A stretch of 64,000 bases of DNA from Bryobacterales bacterium (GTDB taxonomy: Bacteria > Acidobacteriota > Terriglobia > Bryobacterales > UBA6623). A program made the position numbers and the translations under genes. This document shows, in pieces, positions 40,498-50,876 of this stretch. Location of the stretch: the NCBI GenBank assembly GCA_963422375.2, contig OY729428.2, positions 1,376,001 through 1,440,000 on the forward strand. The letters are read 5' to 3'. The notes under the pieces were generated by a model that was not told the origin of the DNA, did no database searches, and was given only the letters and a program-made list of their open reading frames with translations. Numbering within the stretch: the first letter of the stretch is position 1; each line of letters starts with the position of its first letter.

Positions 40498-43400
40498 GTG
40501 AACAAGACCGCTGCCATCTTCCTGCGCTTCGCGATCTGCGCCATCGTCGTTGGTGTCGTCGACGGCCCGGCACCCTTCCCTCGTACGGTCGCGCAGGCGG
40601 CAAAGGAAACGACCGGCGAGGCCGCAAACAGCCGTGTCGGTTACGATCAGGGCCGGGGCGTCACGGAATTCCGCGGGCGGCGGCTGAGCTACGAAGTCGT
40701 CGAAGGCATGGCGATTCACGCCGGGGACATGATCCTCGGCACCGCCGAGGAAATTACCGAGGCCACCGCCGGCCCGCAGGGAAGGCCCCCGGAAGACGAC
40801 TGGCCGCGGCGTCGGGATCTCTCTTCCGTCGATGCGGACAGACTCTGGCCTGACGGTATCGTGCCCTACGTCATCGATGCGAACGTCCCGGAAAGGGAAG
40901 CCATCTTGTCCGCGATCAGCGAGTGGAATTCCAAGACAGTCATCCGCTTGGTGGAGAGGAAGACGGAAGTGGATTACGTGCGGTTCAGGGCCGTCAGTGT
41001 CGGAAATTGCAGATCGTATGTAGGAATGATGGGAGGTGAGCAGTACATTGATATTCCGCCGAAGGGCTGTCAAGTCAATGCAGCAGTGCATGAGATTGGC
41101 CATGCTGTGGGACTCTGGCACGAGCACCAGCGCGTTGATCGCGACACCTATCTGACCGTCCATCGCGAGAACCTCGGCGGAAAGGCTGGGCTCGACAACG
41201 TCCTGGCGGCAGAGCATCCGGCTAGCGGGCCGTACGACTTCGCCTCCACGATGCATTACCACTCCAAGGCGCTCGGATGGGGCGGTGAAGCGGTGATGGA
41301 ATCCATCCCTCCGGGCCTGTCCATCCCAAGCGGCGAGCTGTCCGCTGGCGACATCGATGGACTGGCGCGACTCTATGGCCAGCCCCCCGCGACCACGACC
41401 GTTTCCACCAATCCGCCAGGGCTGGAGATCATCGTTGACGGTGTGCGCGTGACCGCGCCGAAGAGCTTCGCTTGGGCTCCCGGCAGCAGCCACCTGATAG
41501 AGGCTCCGGTGGCGCAGGTCGCGAGCGGCAGCCGATACCTTTTCGGACGCTGGAATGACAACGACGGTGGCTGGCAGTACGCCTTCCGTGCGGATCCGAG
41601 CGCGACTTGGATCGAGGCTAATTTCATCGTGCAGCACCACGTTGCAGCCTGCGCCGATCCGATTGGTGCGGGTGAGGTGCGGATCACGCCGGAATCGGCG
41701 GACGGATACTACACGCTGCGGACACCGATCACTGTCGAGGCGTCCCCGGACACGGACGGTTCGTACCAGTTCCAGGATTGGATCTCGGTGCTGTGGGGAG
41801 ATCATGGCAGATCGGCGAACCCGGCTCTAAGCACCGTCACGAGGCCGGATCTTGAGTACAGGGCTCGATTCAGCCGGGATCCGCTCTTTCGAATCGACTC
41901 TCAAGCGGATCCTATCGCCGTCTTCGTCAACGGAGAGCAGCGGCTTGCGCCAATCGCACTCGACGTGCGCCGCCTTGCCGACCGGATCGCGATTCAAGTG
42001 CCCCAAGAGCAGGCCATCCGCGAATCCTATGGGGCTCGGTACCGCTTCGAGAGTTGGAGTGACGGCGGTGCCATCGCCCATCGCCTGAGAGTGCCTCGAT
42101 CAGGCGGGAGCCTGGTTCTCCGAACTGCTGCTGAGTATCGGCTCACGACCGCAGTCGAGCCCCCGGGATCGGGCGCGATATGGGTCGCACCCTCTTCGCC
42201 GGACGGCTTCTATAGCTCCGGGACGCGGGTCCGGGTGACGGCATTGCCGTCACCCGGGTGGGAGTTTGCCGACTGGACCGGTCGTTTGTCCGGCAGTGCC
42301 GTGCAGACGACCGTGGACATCGACGGACCCGTGCACGCCGAAGCCGTTTGCTCGCGGACGCGCGAGCTGCATCCGGGCCAAGACATGGCCTTTGTACTCC
42401 CGGCAAAGCCTCGATACAGGTGGCACGTCTACGAGCCCGAACACGGGTTCCGTATCAGGGTCCCCGCCGGTGCGGACGAGCTCGCCATCCACTACCGTCC
42501 TGAGGCGCTCGCGCCCGGCGTCGCCTTCTTCGCGCAACTGGGAACCGACCGGTGGCGCTACGGACCCGGCCCCGACCGAGACCCTGAGGTGGACGCGGAC
42601 TACCGCTCGGTGTCGACGGCTTTCGGCCAGAGCCTGTCGGTCACGCCCGACTCCGATCCGCCCTTGGAGGAGGGCATCTACTTCATCCGCTTTCTCCGTT
42701 TCCGTCCAGGACAGGACATCAGGGGCACGATCATGGCGGAGGTGCGCGGCGGCGGAGCTGATGCCCCTCGTCTGTCCGCAAAGCCGCAAGCCATGACGTT
42801 CGTGGCGCAGCGGGGCTCCGAGGCCCCGTCGCAGAGCATTCGCTTGGCGAACGAGGGCCGCGGTCCACTGCGGTTCCGGTTCGGCTCGGGGCCTCCGTGG
42901 CTCCGGACGAATCCCTCTGAGGGCCTGCTCGCGGAAGGAGAGACGCTTGAGATTGAGGTTACGGCGTCGCGAGCCGGCCTGTACGTCGGAACCTACCGGG
43001 CCGAGCTGGAAGTCGCCGCGAGCACGGAGCGCTCGCCGGTCGCGACGGCTGAACAGGCCATCCGGATTCACGTGTTTCACGTGGCCGCGCCGAGATTGGC
43101 CTCCCGACCGCGAACGCAGCCGGACTTTCGGATTCAGCAGCGGCGTGGAAAAGGCCGAATCGACTTCGTGGGAGATATTTCCTATAGCTATGGCGTCGAC
43201 GGGCTCTCGATCTCTATCGAGCGGCTGCGGAACAGGTCGAGTGAGTCTACCGGCCCGCTTCGGGCGCTGTTGTTTGCGACGAGAGACAGCAAGCTACTCG
43301 GATCCAAGGGATTTGTCCTCGGCGATGCGAGCTTCGCAGAGCAGAGCGGCAACGAGGGCCGTCTCCGAGGCTCGGGCTCATTCGAGAAAGTAGCGCTGAC

Positions 43401-43536
43401 GACGGCCTATCGGCCTCTACCTGCGGACGCTCCGCCGGGTGCCTACAAGATTCACCTGATCGTCAGCGAGTCTCAGACTCTCGACGCACCGATTGCTTCG
43501 GTCGAGTTCAACGGCGGGATCGTGGTTTGCGACTGA
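40498..43536 (+). CDS. Astacin (M12A) metalloprotease with repeat and BACON-like C-terminal domains
   Basis: WPDGIVPY, CRSYVG, HEIGHAVGLWHEHQRVDRD, YDFASTMHY; F..W repeat modules; PWLRTNPSEG. Confidence 0.9.
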   Translation: MNKTAAIFLRFAICAIVVGVVDGPAPFPRTVAQAAKETTGEAANSRVGYDQGRGVTEFRGRRLSYEVVEGMAIHAGDMILGTAEEITEATAGPQGRPPEDDWPRRRDLSSVDADRLWPDGIVPYVIDANVPEREAILSAISEWNSKTVIRLVERKTEVDYVRFRAVSVGNCRSYVGMMGGEQYIDIPPKGCQVNAAVHEIGHAVGLWHEHQRVDRDTYLTVHRENLGGKAGLDNVLAAEHPASGPYDFASTMHYHSKALGWGGEAVMESIPPGLSIPSGELSAGDIDGLARLYGQPPATTTVSTNPPGLEIIVDGVRVTAPKSFAWAPGSSHLIEAPVAQVASGSRYLFGRWNDNDGGWQYAFRADPSATWIEANFIVQHHVAACADPIGAGEVRITPESADGYYTLRTPITVEASPDTDGSYQFQDWISVLWGDHGRSANPALSTVTRPDLEYRARFSRDPLFRIDSQADPIAVFVNGEQRLAPIALDVRRLADRIAIQVPQEQAIRESYGARYRFESWSDGGAIAHRLRVPRSGGSLVLRTAAEYRLTTAVEPPGSGAIWVAPSSPDGFYSSGTRVRVTALPSPGWEFADWTGRLSGSAVQTTVDIDGPVHAEAVCSRTRELHPGQDMAFVLPAKPRYRWHVYEPEHGFRIRVPAGADELAIHYRPEALAPGVAFFAQLGTDRWRYGPGPDRDPEVDADYRSVSTAFGQSLSVTPDSDPPLEEGIYFIRFLRFRPGQDIRGTIMAEVRGGGADAPRLSAKPQAMTFVAQRGSEAPSQSIRLANEGRGPLRFRFGSGPPWLRTNPSEGLLAEGETLEIEVTASRAGLYVGTYRAELEVAASTERSPVATAEQAIRIHVFHVAAPRLASRPRTQPDFRIQQRRGKGRIDFVGDISYSYGVDGLSISIERLRNRSSESTGPLRALLFATRDSKLLGSKGFVLGDASFAEQSGNEGRLRGSGSFEKVALTTAYRPLPADAPPGAYKIHLIVSESQTLDAPIASVEFNGGIVVCD

Positions 43537-43592
43537 CGTACGCCCCAGGGGCTGGGCATCCCTTGAACGCGGGCAAGAGCGCGGCCGGGCAT

Positions 43593-43860
43593 TCAGTCGC
43601 TGGCAGTGGGCATCTGGGCCTTGACCCGCTTGCGCCAGGCCGCCAGCTCGGTGCGTAGCTCGCGAACTTCGGGTGCGACCCGACGAGGTTCCGCGTCTCG
43701 GAGACGTTCAATTCCAAGTCGAATAGCTCGTAATAGACTCCCTGTCGGGCGACCGTTCCCTCGAACCACTCGATGAGCTTGTAGCGTCCTCGCCACACCG
43801 CGCCCGTGGGCAGCATGCCCGATCCCCGGTGATAGTGCGGGTAGTGCTAGTACAGGCTCC
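43593..43860 (-). pseudogene. Sulfatase C-terminal remnant
   Basis: LY*HYPHYHRGSGMLPTGAVWRGRYKLIEWFE..ELFDL..SETRNL / ELAAWRKRVKAQMP. Confidence 0.75.
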
Positions 43861-43861
43861 C

Positions 43862-43978
43862 CAGGGCGCAACAGGCGGCGCCGCTGACCTCATAGCACGT
43901 GTTTCGACCCGCGCGACGGTCGGGCAGGTCGGCGGCCGTCTCGCGGAAGGCGCTCAGCGGCGGGTCCAAGATATGCGA
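43862..43978 (-). mobile_element. ISNCY-like transposase N-terminal fragment
   Basis: HILDPPLSAFRETAADLPDRRAGRNTCYEVS matches HVLDALLSAFRETAAGRPDRREGRRNKRYEVS near 54850. Confidence 0.8.
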
Positions 43979-45324
43979 CGCCCATTCAACTCCGAAGTGC
44001 GACACGCGGGTAAGGGGCGGTGGGCTGGGATACTAGGACCACAGTAGCAGATCCAGCGGCGCCGGACAAGCCGCTGCCGGGCCGAAGCGACCGCAGCAAG
44101 GTCCGGAGGGTCGAATCCGCGCCTGTCCGGGCGCAGCTCCCCCGCGCCCCTGTCCCCGCGGCGGGCTGCCAGCCCTGCCTCAGCCCCGCGGCACCCGCTC
44201 CCGCTCCGCCAGGAAGACTTCCTCCGGCGTGCGCCCGCCCGGCACCTTCCGCGGACGCCGGTTCAGGCGGTCCCGCGCCTCCCGCACCCGGGCCGGGTCC
44301 ACCCGCCGCAGGTCCGTCCCCTGCGGGAAGTACTGCCGCGGCAGCCCGTTGGCATGCTCGTTCAGCCCGCGCTCCCAGGAGTGGCAGGGCCGCGCGAAGT
44401 GGAAGCCCGCCCCCAGCCGCTGCGCCACCTCCCGGTGCCTCCCGGTGCCCCGCGAACTCCTTGCCGCGAACTCCTTGCCGTTGTCGGCCGTGAGCGTGTG
44501 CGTCACGGCCCCGCTCCCTGCGAGCATGGCCGTCATCGCCGCCCCGACCAGCTGCGCCGTGCGCCGGCTAACCGGCTGCACTAGCAGGTACTGAGAGAAC
44601 CGGTCCACCAGCGTCACCAGCGCCCCGCGGCGCTGCCCGCCGATCACGGTGTCGGCCTCCCGGTCGCCGACGCGCGCCTGCGCTCGCGCCTCCGCCGGGC
44701 GCTCCGCGATGTCCGCGCGCCCCGGGATCAGGCCGCGGCCCGCCGTCCGGCCGACCCGCCGGACGCGCTTGCGGCCGCCCTGCCTCGGGTGCCGGTACAG
44801 CCGGCCCCCCTGCCGCCGGTCCGCGCGCACCAGCTGGTAGATCCGTTCGGGGCTGATCTCCAGCGCCCCTTCCCGCTGCAGCCGCGCCGCGACCTGCTCC
44901 GGGCTCCAGTCCTGCCGCAGGCAGTCCTCGCTCCGCGTCCGCAGCGCCGACGTCAGCTGGCGCGGCCGGCACGCCGCCGCGCGCCGCCGCCGCTCCGCGC
45001 GCTCCTGCGCGCTCCCCAAGCTGTAGCTCGCCGCGCGCTCGCCCTCCGCCGGTCGGCCGTTGCGGCCCACTTCCCGGTAGATCGTGGCCCGCTTGCGGCC
45101 CGGCTGCCCGGCGATCCTGTCCGCTCCCCAGCCCGCCCAGCCCGCGGCCCGCAGCGTCTCGCTCCGGCAGCGCTCCTCCTGCGTCACGTGCGTGTAGCTC
45201 TTCGGCATCTGCCTCCCTGCTCCTTCCAGCACCTACCAGCCTACTGCCCCCCCCCCCCCCCCCCCTCTCCCCTCCCTGCCATCTTGTGGCGCGGCGCGTG
45301 TCGCACTTCGGAGTTGAATGGGCG
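43979..45324 (-). mobile_element. IS30-family element, copy 1 (transposase 44180..45208)
   Basis: TIR CGCCCATTCAACTCCGAAGTGCGACACGCG at both ends; WSPEQVA, EADTVIG, DNGKEF, ERGLNEHANG, LNRRPRK. Confidence 0.93.
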
Positions 45325-45440
45325 AGATCTAATAAATGAGTTGCTTAGATCGTCCATCGATGAGCTATGTCTGTCATATAATTCTATCGATTCTATCAAT
45401 CGAATCGGGCTCATATCCAAGATATATGTCTATCTTTTTA

Positions 45441-46473
45441 CCTGATTACCCACAAGACTCAGCCAAGGTTAGGAGGCGGTAAGGCCTGGGCGGGGTGCGC
45501 ACGGAGGCGTGGAGCAGGCGGGGGACCAGCGCCTCCGGATCGTAGCGGCGGTTGAAGCGGTAGCGGAACTCGGCGAGGTACCGCGGCAGGTGCTTGCCGT
45601 CGAGCGCATGGCAGGTTCCCGCCAGGGACTGCTTGACGTTCGCCAGCATCGTGTCGACCCGGACGAAGCGCGAATCCCCGCAGCTCCGCTGCCCGCCTCC
45701 GGTGACGGTCGGCACGTGCTCGCAGCCGGCGTCGGCCACGCCCCGCAAGCAGGCCGGGCCGTCGGAATGCACCTCCGTGCCGGGCTGCAGGTGCCGCCCG
45801 GCCCACGCTGCCAGCGTCTTCTTGCGCAAGCCCGCCACGCTGCTCATGAGCATCCTTGCCGGCTGGCCGGCGGCGCTGACCTGCACAGCGGCGACGAACG
45901 GCGTCTTGCCCGCCGCGCCGCGACCGCGCTTGCCGCCGCTCCGCTCCCCGCCCCAGCAGGCGTCGTCCACCTGCACGATGCCGCCCAGCGGCAGGCGCTC
46001 GTCGCGCTCCTTCATCACTTGCAAGAGCTTGTGCTTCATCTTCCAGGCGGTATTCCGGCTGACGCCCAGCTGCCGCGCCAGTTCCAGCGACGAAACGCCG
46101 TGCTTGCCCTGCGTCAGCAGGTGGAGCGCCAGGAGCCGGACGGTCAGCGGCAGCTTGGTGGCGGCGAAGATCGTGCCGGCGACGAGGGAGGTCCGGCGGT
46201 GGCAGGCATGGCACTGCCGGAGCTTGCGGGAGCGGATGCGGCAGTGCCGTCGGGAGCCGCACTCCGGGCAGCGGAAGCCGTCCGGCCAGCGGGCCTTGAA
46301 GACGGCCTGCTCGCATGGCCCCTCGCTGCCGTAGCGCTGCAGGAGCTTGCCCGGGCTGAGTCCCTTCTGGCATTGCACGCGATTGCGTTTCATCAGCTAT
46401 CCCCTTTCCTGTCAGAGGTTTCCGACCTCCTCCAGTATAGCATATACTCGGCTGAAGTTCGTTGGTAATCAGG
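45441..46473 (-). mobile_element. IS1595-group element, copy A (transposase 45446..46393)
   Basis: TIR CCTGATTACC; flanks TCTTTTTA / TATTTTTA (7 of 8 match); CPEC Zn ribbon, QVDDA.WGG, RYLAEF.YRFNRR. Confidence 0.93.
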
Positions 46474-46514
46474 TATTTTTATGGCTAGAAAACTTCGAAA
46501 AATAGAATTCTAAT

Positions 46515-47069
46515 TTATTGAGTTAGCTGTCGAATGAGCATCTTAATAGATATGAATTTCTTGCCTATTCGGGAAGTAACGGAACAATATATAAGCTCAA
46601 ATAGGCGAGAAAATGGAACGTTAGACCCATATTTTCCGGAAGAATATATGGAATAATCAGTCGAATTTGTGACAGAAGTGATCGCCAACTGGCTGCCGAT
46701 GATGACGGAAAAAACCGGATTCAGATTTTCAAACAGCCGTTCGTACTCGCCTGTCAGATGGGGCAATGCGGTGATCAGGGCGGACGGTACGTCCTGCATG
46801 GTGAAGTGGGCATGTGGATCGTGGAACGGATAGAGTGCTCTCTCGACTTCCCATTCCAAGCGGAATGGAGCACGAGTTCGCTTGGACAGGCCGCTGTACA
46901 GGTGCCACATCTGGCTACCGGTTGGGTGGGACCGACAAAACGCCTCCAAGCCGAACGCCGAAAAGAGCTCGGAAGGACTTCGAAATCCGAAGTGCAATTT
47001 GAGCGTATTCGACAGCATGGTCGATCCGCATCGACCGCTACCCAAAGTAAACACCGGGGGAACCTTCAA
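46515..47069 (-). pseudogene. Sulfotransferase remnant (lower GC), disrupted by ISs
   Basis: VFTLGSGRCGSTMLS PAPS-binding motif; degenerates downstream. Confidence 0.6.
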
Positions 47070-47199
47070 ACGCTAGGCGAAGCAGCAGGCTATTCGCAAT
47101 CGCAGTCGGCCTGACCCTGCTCGCTGCCGAGCATGGGACCTGCCTCGGTTGTTGTACCGCTCCCGCCGAGCCTCGGCCGCGGGAGGCGGATTGAGCAAG

Positions 47200-47514
47200 C
47201 TGGACATCTGTGTCTCGCAGCGGGCCCTCTCTACCTTCCAGCAGGTAGTGGTCAGTGGCATCGGCAAGCGCAACAACCTGCGAGGCGACGGCCTCTAGTC
47301 CGTCGACGCGACGGTCGGCAAGCGCTTCTCCCTGCCGTAGGAGAGCCGCAGCTTGCAATTCCGGGCCGAGGCGTTCAGCCTGACGAACAGCGTGCGCTTC
47401 AACTCCGACGACTGGGAGATGCTCTCGTTCACATTCCCCGGAAGCCTCGGCAACCACTCCCGCGTGACCGTTCCGCCGCGGGTTCTGCTGTTCGGTCTGC
47501 GGTACGAATTCTAG
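47200..47514 (+). pseudogene. TonB-dependent receptor C-terminal remnant
   Basis: GKRNNLRGDGL*SVDATVGKRFSLP*ESRSLQFRAEAFSLTNSVRF...VLLFGLRYEF*. Confidence 0.7.
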
Positions 47515-48131
47515 GCGGCGGCCGGCCCCGCGTCACAGTGACATCCTGTCGCGGAAGGTGCCCGAGCGGGGACGGTCGGCCGCTCAGCCGTAGCGCTGGG
47601 AGTGGGCCGCGGACCGCACCAAGGCGCACCCGGGTCTGTCGGACGAGGGCGGTTCGTCTTCGTTGCGGGAGGGCCAAGGCATCTGACCCATTCCATGTAG
47701 CTGCCTGATTGCGCTCGTGTGCGTTGGTTCTCCCCAATGCTCCCACCGTCTGCCGTCGGACTCCGCCAAACGAATGGCACCGACTATGAATGGGCCGAGA
47801 TCCGAAACCGCCCAGCCCCGGGGAGAACGAACGCTCTCAATTCACCCGCCGGTAGTTCCCGGCCGGGATGACCCATCCCCTTGCGGGAATTGCGTCAGAG
47901 GCCGCCACCGCCTCCGTCGCGACCTGTTCGATGTCCTGCTTGGTCGACGCGTACTCGTCGACGCACTGCCGAATCCCTTGATCAGCGTTGTCCAACTAGG
48001 ATGCCGAATGATCATGCATCATCAGCCATGGACATCTAAATCAGTCCGCAAAGCCTCGGATAGCGCCGGTAGCCATTCGCCTGTTCCACGAATGCGACAC
48101 CATCCGAGAGGCGGACTTGGCTGTATTGGTT

Positions 48132-49107
48132 CGCCCATTCAACTTCGAAGTGCGACACGCACGTGACGCAGGAGGAGCGCTGCCGGAGCGAGACGCTGCG
48201 GGCCGCGGGCTGGGCGGGCTGGGGAGCGGACAGGATCGCCGGGCAGCTGGGCCGCAAGCGGGCCACGATCTACCGGGAAGTGGGCCGCAACGGCCGACCG
48301 GCGGAGGGCGAGCGCGCGGCGAGCTACAGCTTGGGGAGCGCGCAGGAGCGCGCGGAGCGGCGGCGGCCTGCGCCGGCATGGCGGAGTTCCGCACGAAGCC
48401 GTCAGGCACTCCGGCGGCGAGTACGTGCGCGGGGCAGCGCATGCGAACGGCATCGAATCGTTTGGGTCCCTGTTCAAGCGCGGCCTGTACGGAACCTATC
48501 ACCGGATGAGCGTCCGTCATCTCGGCCGCTACCTCACGGAGTTCGCGGGACGGCGCAACGACCGCGACTGCGACACGGCGGAACAGATGCGGCGCATGGC
48601 GCGGGGCTTGGTCGGCCGGACGCTGACCTACCGGCAGCTGACCGGCAAGGCCGCGGTCGCGGCCTGAGCGGCGCCCGCCGCGCTGAGCGCGGCAGCCCGC
48701 TGCGGACGCGCTCTTCACGCTCGGTGCGCTCGGTGCACTTCACGCTCGGTGCGAGGGTCGCACCGGATCCGGCATGCCCCGGTGCGACCCCGGTCCGGCC
48801 CGGACCGTCCATGCAGGCCGTCGAGCGCCGGGGATCCGCTGTCTTCGGCCCTCGGAGGGCCTGCAATCGGCTTGCAAGGGGTACCCTGCCACCGCCAACC
48901 GGGTTCCACCGGGGCATGCGAGGCGGCCTCTCTAGTCCGTTCCTCGTCAAATCCGCTGGCAGGCTCGATTCGGATACGATCCCACCCCCCCCACCCCTCT
49001 GTGCCCGCCGCGGTCTCACTCGAATGACCCGAGCTCGACACCGACCTCCCTGCTCAGAGCAGTTCTAGTCGGATATGGCGTTGTCGGCACTCAGATATAT
49101 AATTCCC
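48132..49107 (+). mobile_element. Chimera: IS30 left part fused to ISNwi1-like IS1595 right part
   Basis: IS30 TIR at 48132, IS30 transposase start to ~48367, then IS1595 C-terminus (NGIESF.SLFKRG) and TIR ending ATATATAATTCCC at 49107. Confidence 0.88.
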
Positions 49108-49207
49108 TAAGGGATCGATCATTCCCGGGGGCCAGAGCGACGCACGACGCACGCGATGCATCTTCCGTATCTACCTCCGCGAGGTTGGAATTGCTTCTCT
49201 TCAGAGT

Positions 49208-49243
49208 TGTCATAGTGTTGATTTCGCCACTAGATTTCTGACA
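49208..49243. promoter_or_regulatory. Imperfect inverted repeat upstream of the antitoxin (possible operator)
   Basis: TGTCATAG-N20-TTCTGACA, 21 nt before the ATG; AbiEi-type antitoxins are known to autorepress at inverted repeats. Confidence 0.35.
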
Positions 49244-49264
49244 GAGTGAATTGGAGACAAGACC

Positions 49265-49861
49265 ATGCGCGGCCTTTCCCGTCGCATCATTGAGCACGCC
49301 ACGGCGCTTCCGGAGGCCACGCCGCTGTGTCCGGCCGCTCTGCTGCACCTCGGCAACCGGGCGGCCGTCGACCAGGCGTTGTCGCGCCTCGCGCGTTCGG
49401 GCCACCTCATGCGGATCTGCCAAGGTGTCTACATGCGCCCGGTCGAGACCCGTTTCGGCGTTCGGGCACCCCGGGTCGCCAAGGCGACCGCCGCGCTGTC
49501 GCAGATGTGGGGCGAAACGATCGTGCCGTGCGGCGGCGCCGCAGCCAATTGCCTGCGCCTCACCACGCAGAATCCGGTCCGTGCGGTCTATCTCACTTCC
49601 GGTCCCGACCGAAGGCTACGCTTCGGCTCGTCCATCGTGGATCTGCGTCATGCTCCGCGTTGGCAGCTGGCGGCGCCGCACCGAAAGGCGGGCGACGTCA
49701 TCCGGGCCCTGGCATGGCTTGGGCCCGAAGAGGTCGAGGACGGCCTCAAAGCGATCCTGCCGACGCTCTCCGAGGCGGATCGGGAAGAGCTTGCGGCCGC
49801 GCGGGCCATCATGCCCATCTGGATGGCGGAGCCGGTGAGCGCGCGCCTTGCGCATGGCTGA
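49265..49861 (+). CDS. DUF6088 family AbiEi-like antitoxin
   Basis: LGNRAAVDQALSRLARSG..RICQGVY..TRFG..AANCLRLTTQ.P..YLTSGP. Confidence 0.88.
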   Translation: MRGLSRRIIEHATALPEATPLCPAALLHLGNRAAVDQALSRLARSGHLMRICQGVYMRPVETRFGVRAPRVAKATAALSQMWGETIVPCGGAAANCLRLTTQNPVRAVYLTSGPDRRLRFGSSIVDLRHAPRWQLAAPHRKAGDVIRALAWLGPEEVEDGLKAILPTLSEADREELAAARAIMPIWMAEPVSARLAHG

Positions 49862-50876
49862 GACGCGATTCCAGGATCTCTCGCCCAACGACAGGCGCGA
49901 CGCTCTCGAGGTGACGGAGCGAGGCGGCAGCCACAAGGCGCATCTTCTGGAGAAGGATGTCTGGGTCGTCGCGGCGCTTGGCATCCTCTTCGAGGCTCCG
50001 TTTGCCGAACACCTGACCTTCAAGGGCGGCACGTCGCTGTCGAAGGCGTGGCGCGCGATCCGCCGATTCTCCGAAGATGTCGACATCACCTACGATATCC
50101 GGGCGTTTGCGCCGGATCTGGTTTCCGGCGCCGGCGACGAAGCGCTTCCGCCCACGCGCAGCCAGGAGAAGCGCTGGACGCGAGCCATCCGTGCCCGCCT
50201 CGCACAATGGGTCCGGGACCAGGCCTGCCCCATTGTCGAAGAAGGTCTCTCCGACGCCGGATTCGTGGCGAGGTGCGGCGTGGAAGCGGAGCGTCTCTAC
50301 GTCGCGTATGAACCGTTGCTCGAGACAAGCGGTTTTGTCGCCCCGGAAGTCATCGTCGAGTTCGGCGCCCGATCGACGGGCGAGCCACACGCAAATCGGC
50401 CCGTTGTGTGCGACGCGGCCGCCTATCTTCCCGGTCTCGCGTTTCCCGAAGCGCACCCCACCGTCATGCTGGCGGAACGGACCTTCTGGGAAAAAGCGAC
50501 CGCCATCCATGTCTTCTGCCGCCAGGAGCGCCGGCGCGGGGAGCGTCTGTCGAGGCACTGGCATGATCTTGCGCGCCTCGACGAGGCCGGGATCGCGGCA
50601 AAAGCGTTCGCCGACCGCGCCCTCGTGCTGTCGGTCGCCCGCCACAAGGCGATGTTCTTCGCCGAGAACGACGCCCGCGACGTACGGATCGACTATGCGG
50701 CGGCAGTCTCGGGACACCTTCAGCTCGTTCCCGAAGGCGCCGGATTCGCTATCCTCTCCAACGATTACACGAGAATGCTGGCGGACGGCATGCTGCTCGA
50801 CGACAACGAGTCGTTCGACATGTTGATGGAACGATGCGCCCTGCTCCAGGTTCGGGCTAACGAGACGAAGGTATGA
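49854..50876 (+). CDS. AbiEii/AbiGii nucleotidyltransferase toxin (type IV TA)
   Basis: EKDVWV, FKGGTSLSKAW..IRRFSEDVDI, ERTFWEKAT, SRHWHDL; overlaps the antitoxin stop. Confidence 0.92.
   Translation: MAETRFQDLSPNDRRDALEVTERGGSHKAHLLEKDVWVVAALGILFEAPFAEHLTFKGGTSLSKAWRAIRRFSEDVDITYDIRAFAPDLVSGAGDEALPPTRSQEKRWTRAIRARLAQWVRDQACPIVEEGLSDAGFVARCGVEAERLYVAYEPLLETSGFVAPEVIVEFGARSTGEPHANRPVVCDAAAYLPGLAFPEAHPTVMLAERTFWEKATAIHVFCRQERRRGERLSRHWHDLARLDEAGIAAKAFADRALVLSVARHKAMFFAENDARDVRIDYAAAVSGHLQLVPEGAGFAILSNDYTRMLADGMLLDDNESFDMLMERCALLQVRANETKV

Noticed and set aside
45247..45265. 19-C homopolymer as a phase-variation tract
   Set aside because: It lies in the IS30 leader and copy 2 has mixed sequence there; likely deletion plus slippage or a sequencing artefact
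817..47340. Amber (TAG) recoding, since most premature stops are TAG
   Set aside because: The implied residues differ (W, Q, Y) and intact genes such as secG, 24311 and 38803 end in TAG; point mutation explains it
47515..48131. Possible structured RNA or gene remnant
   Set aside because: No family motif or convincing conserved structure recognised; left unassigned
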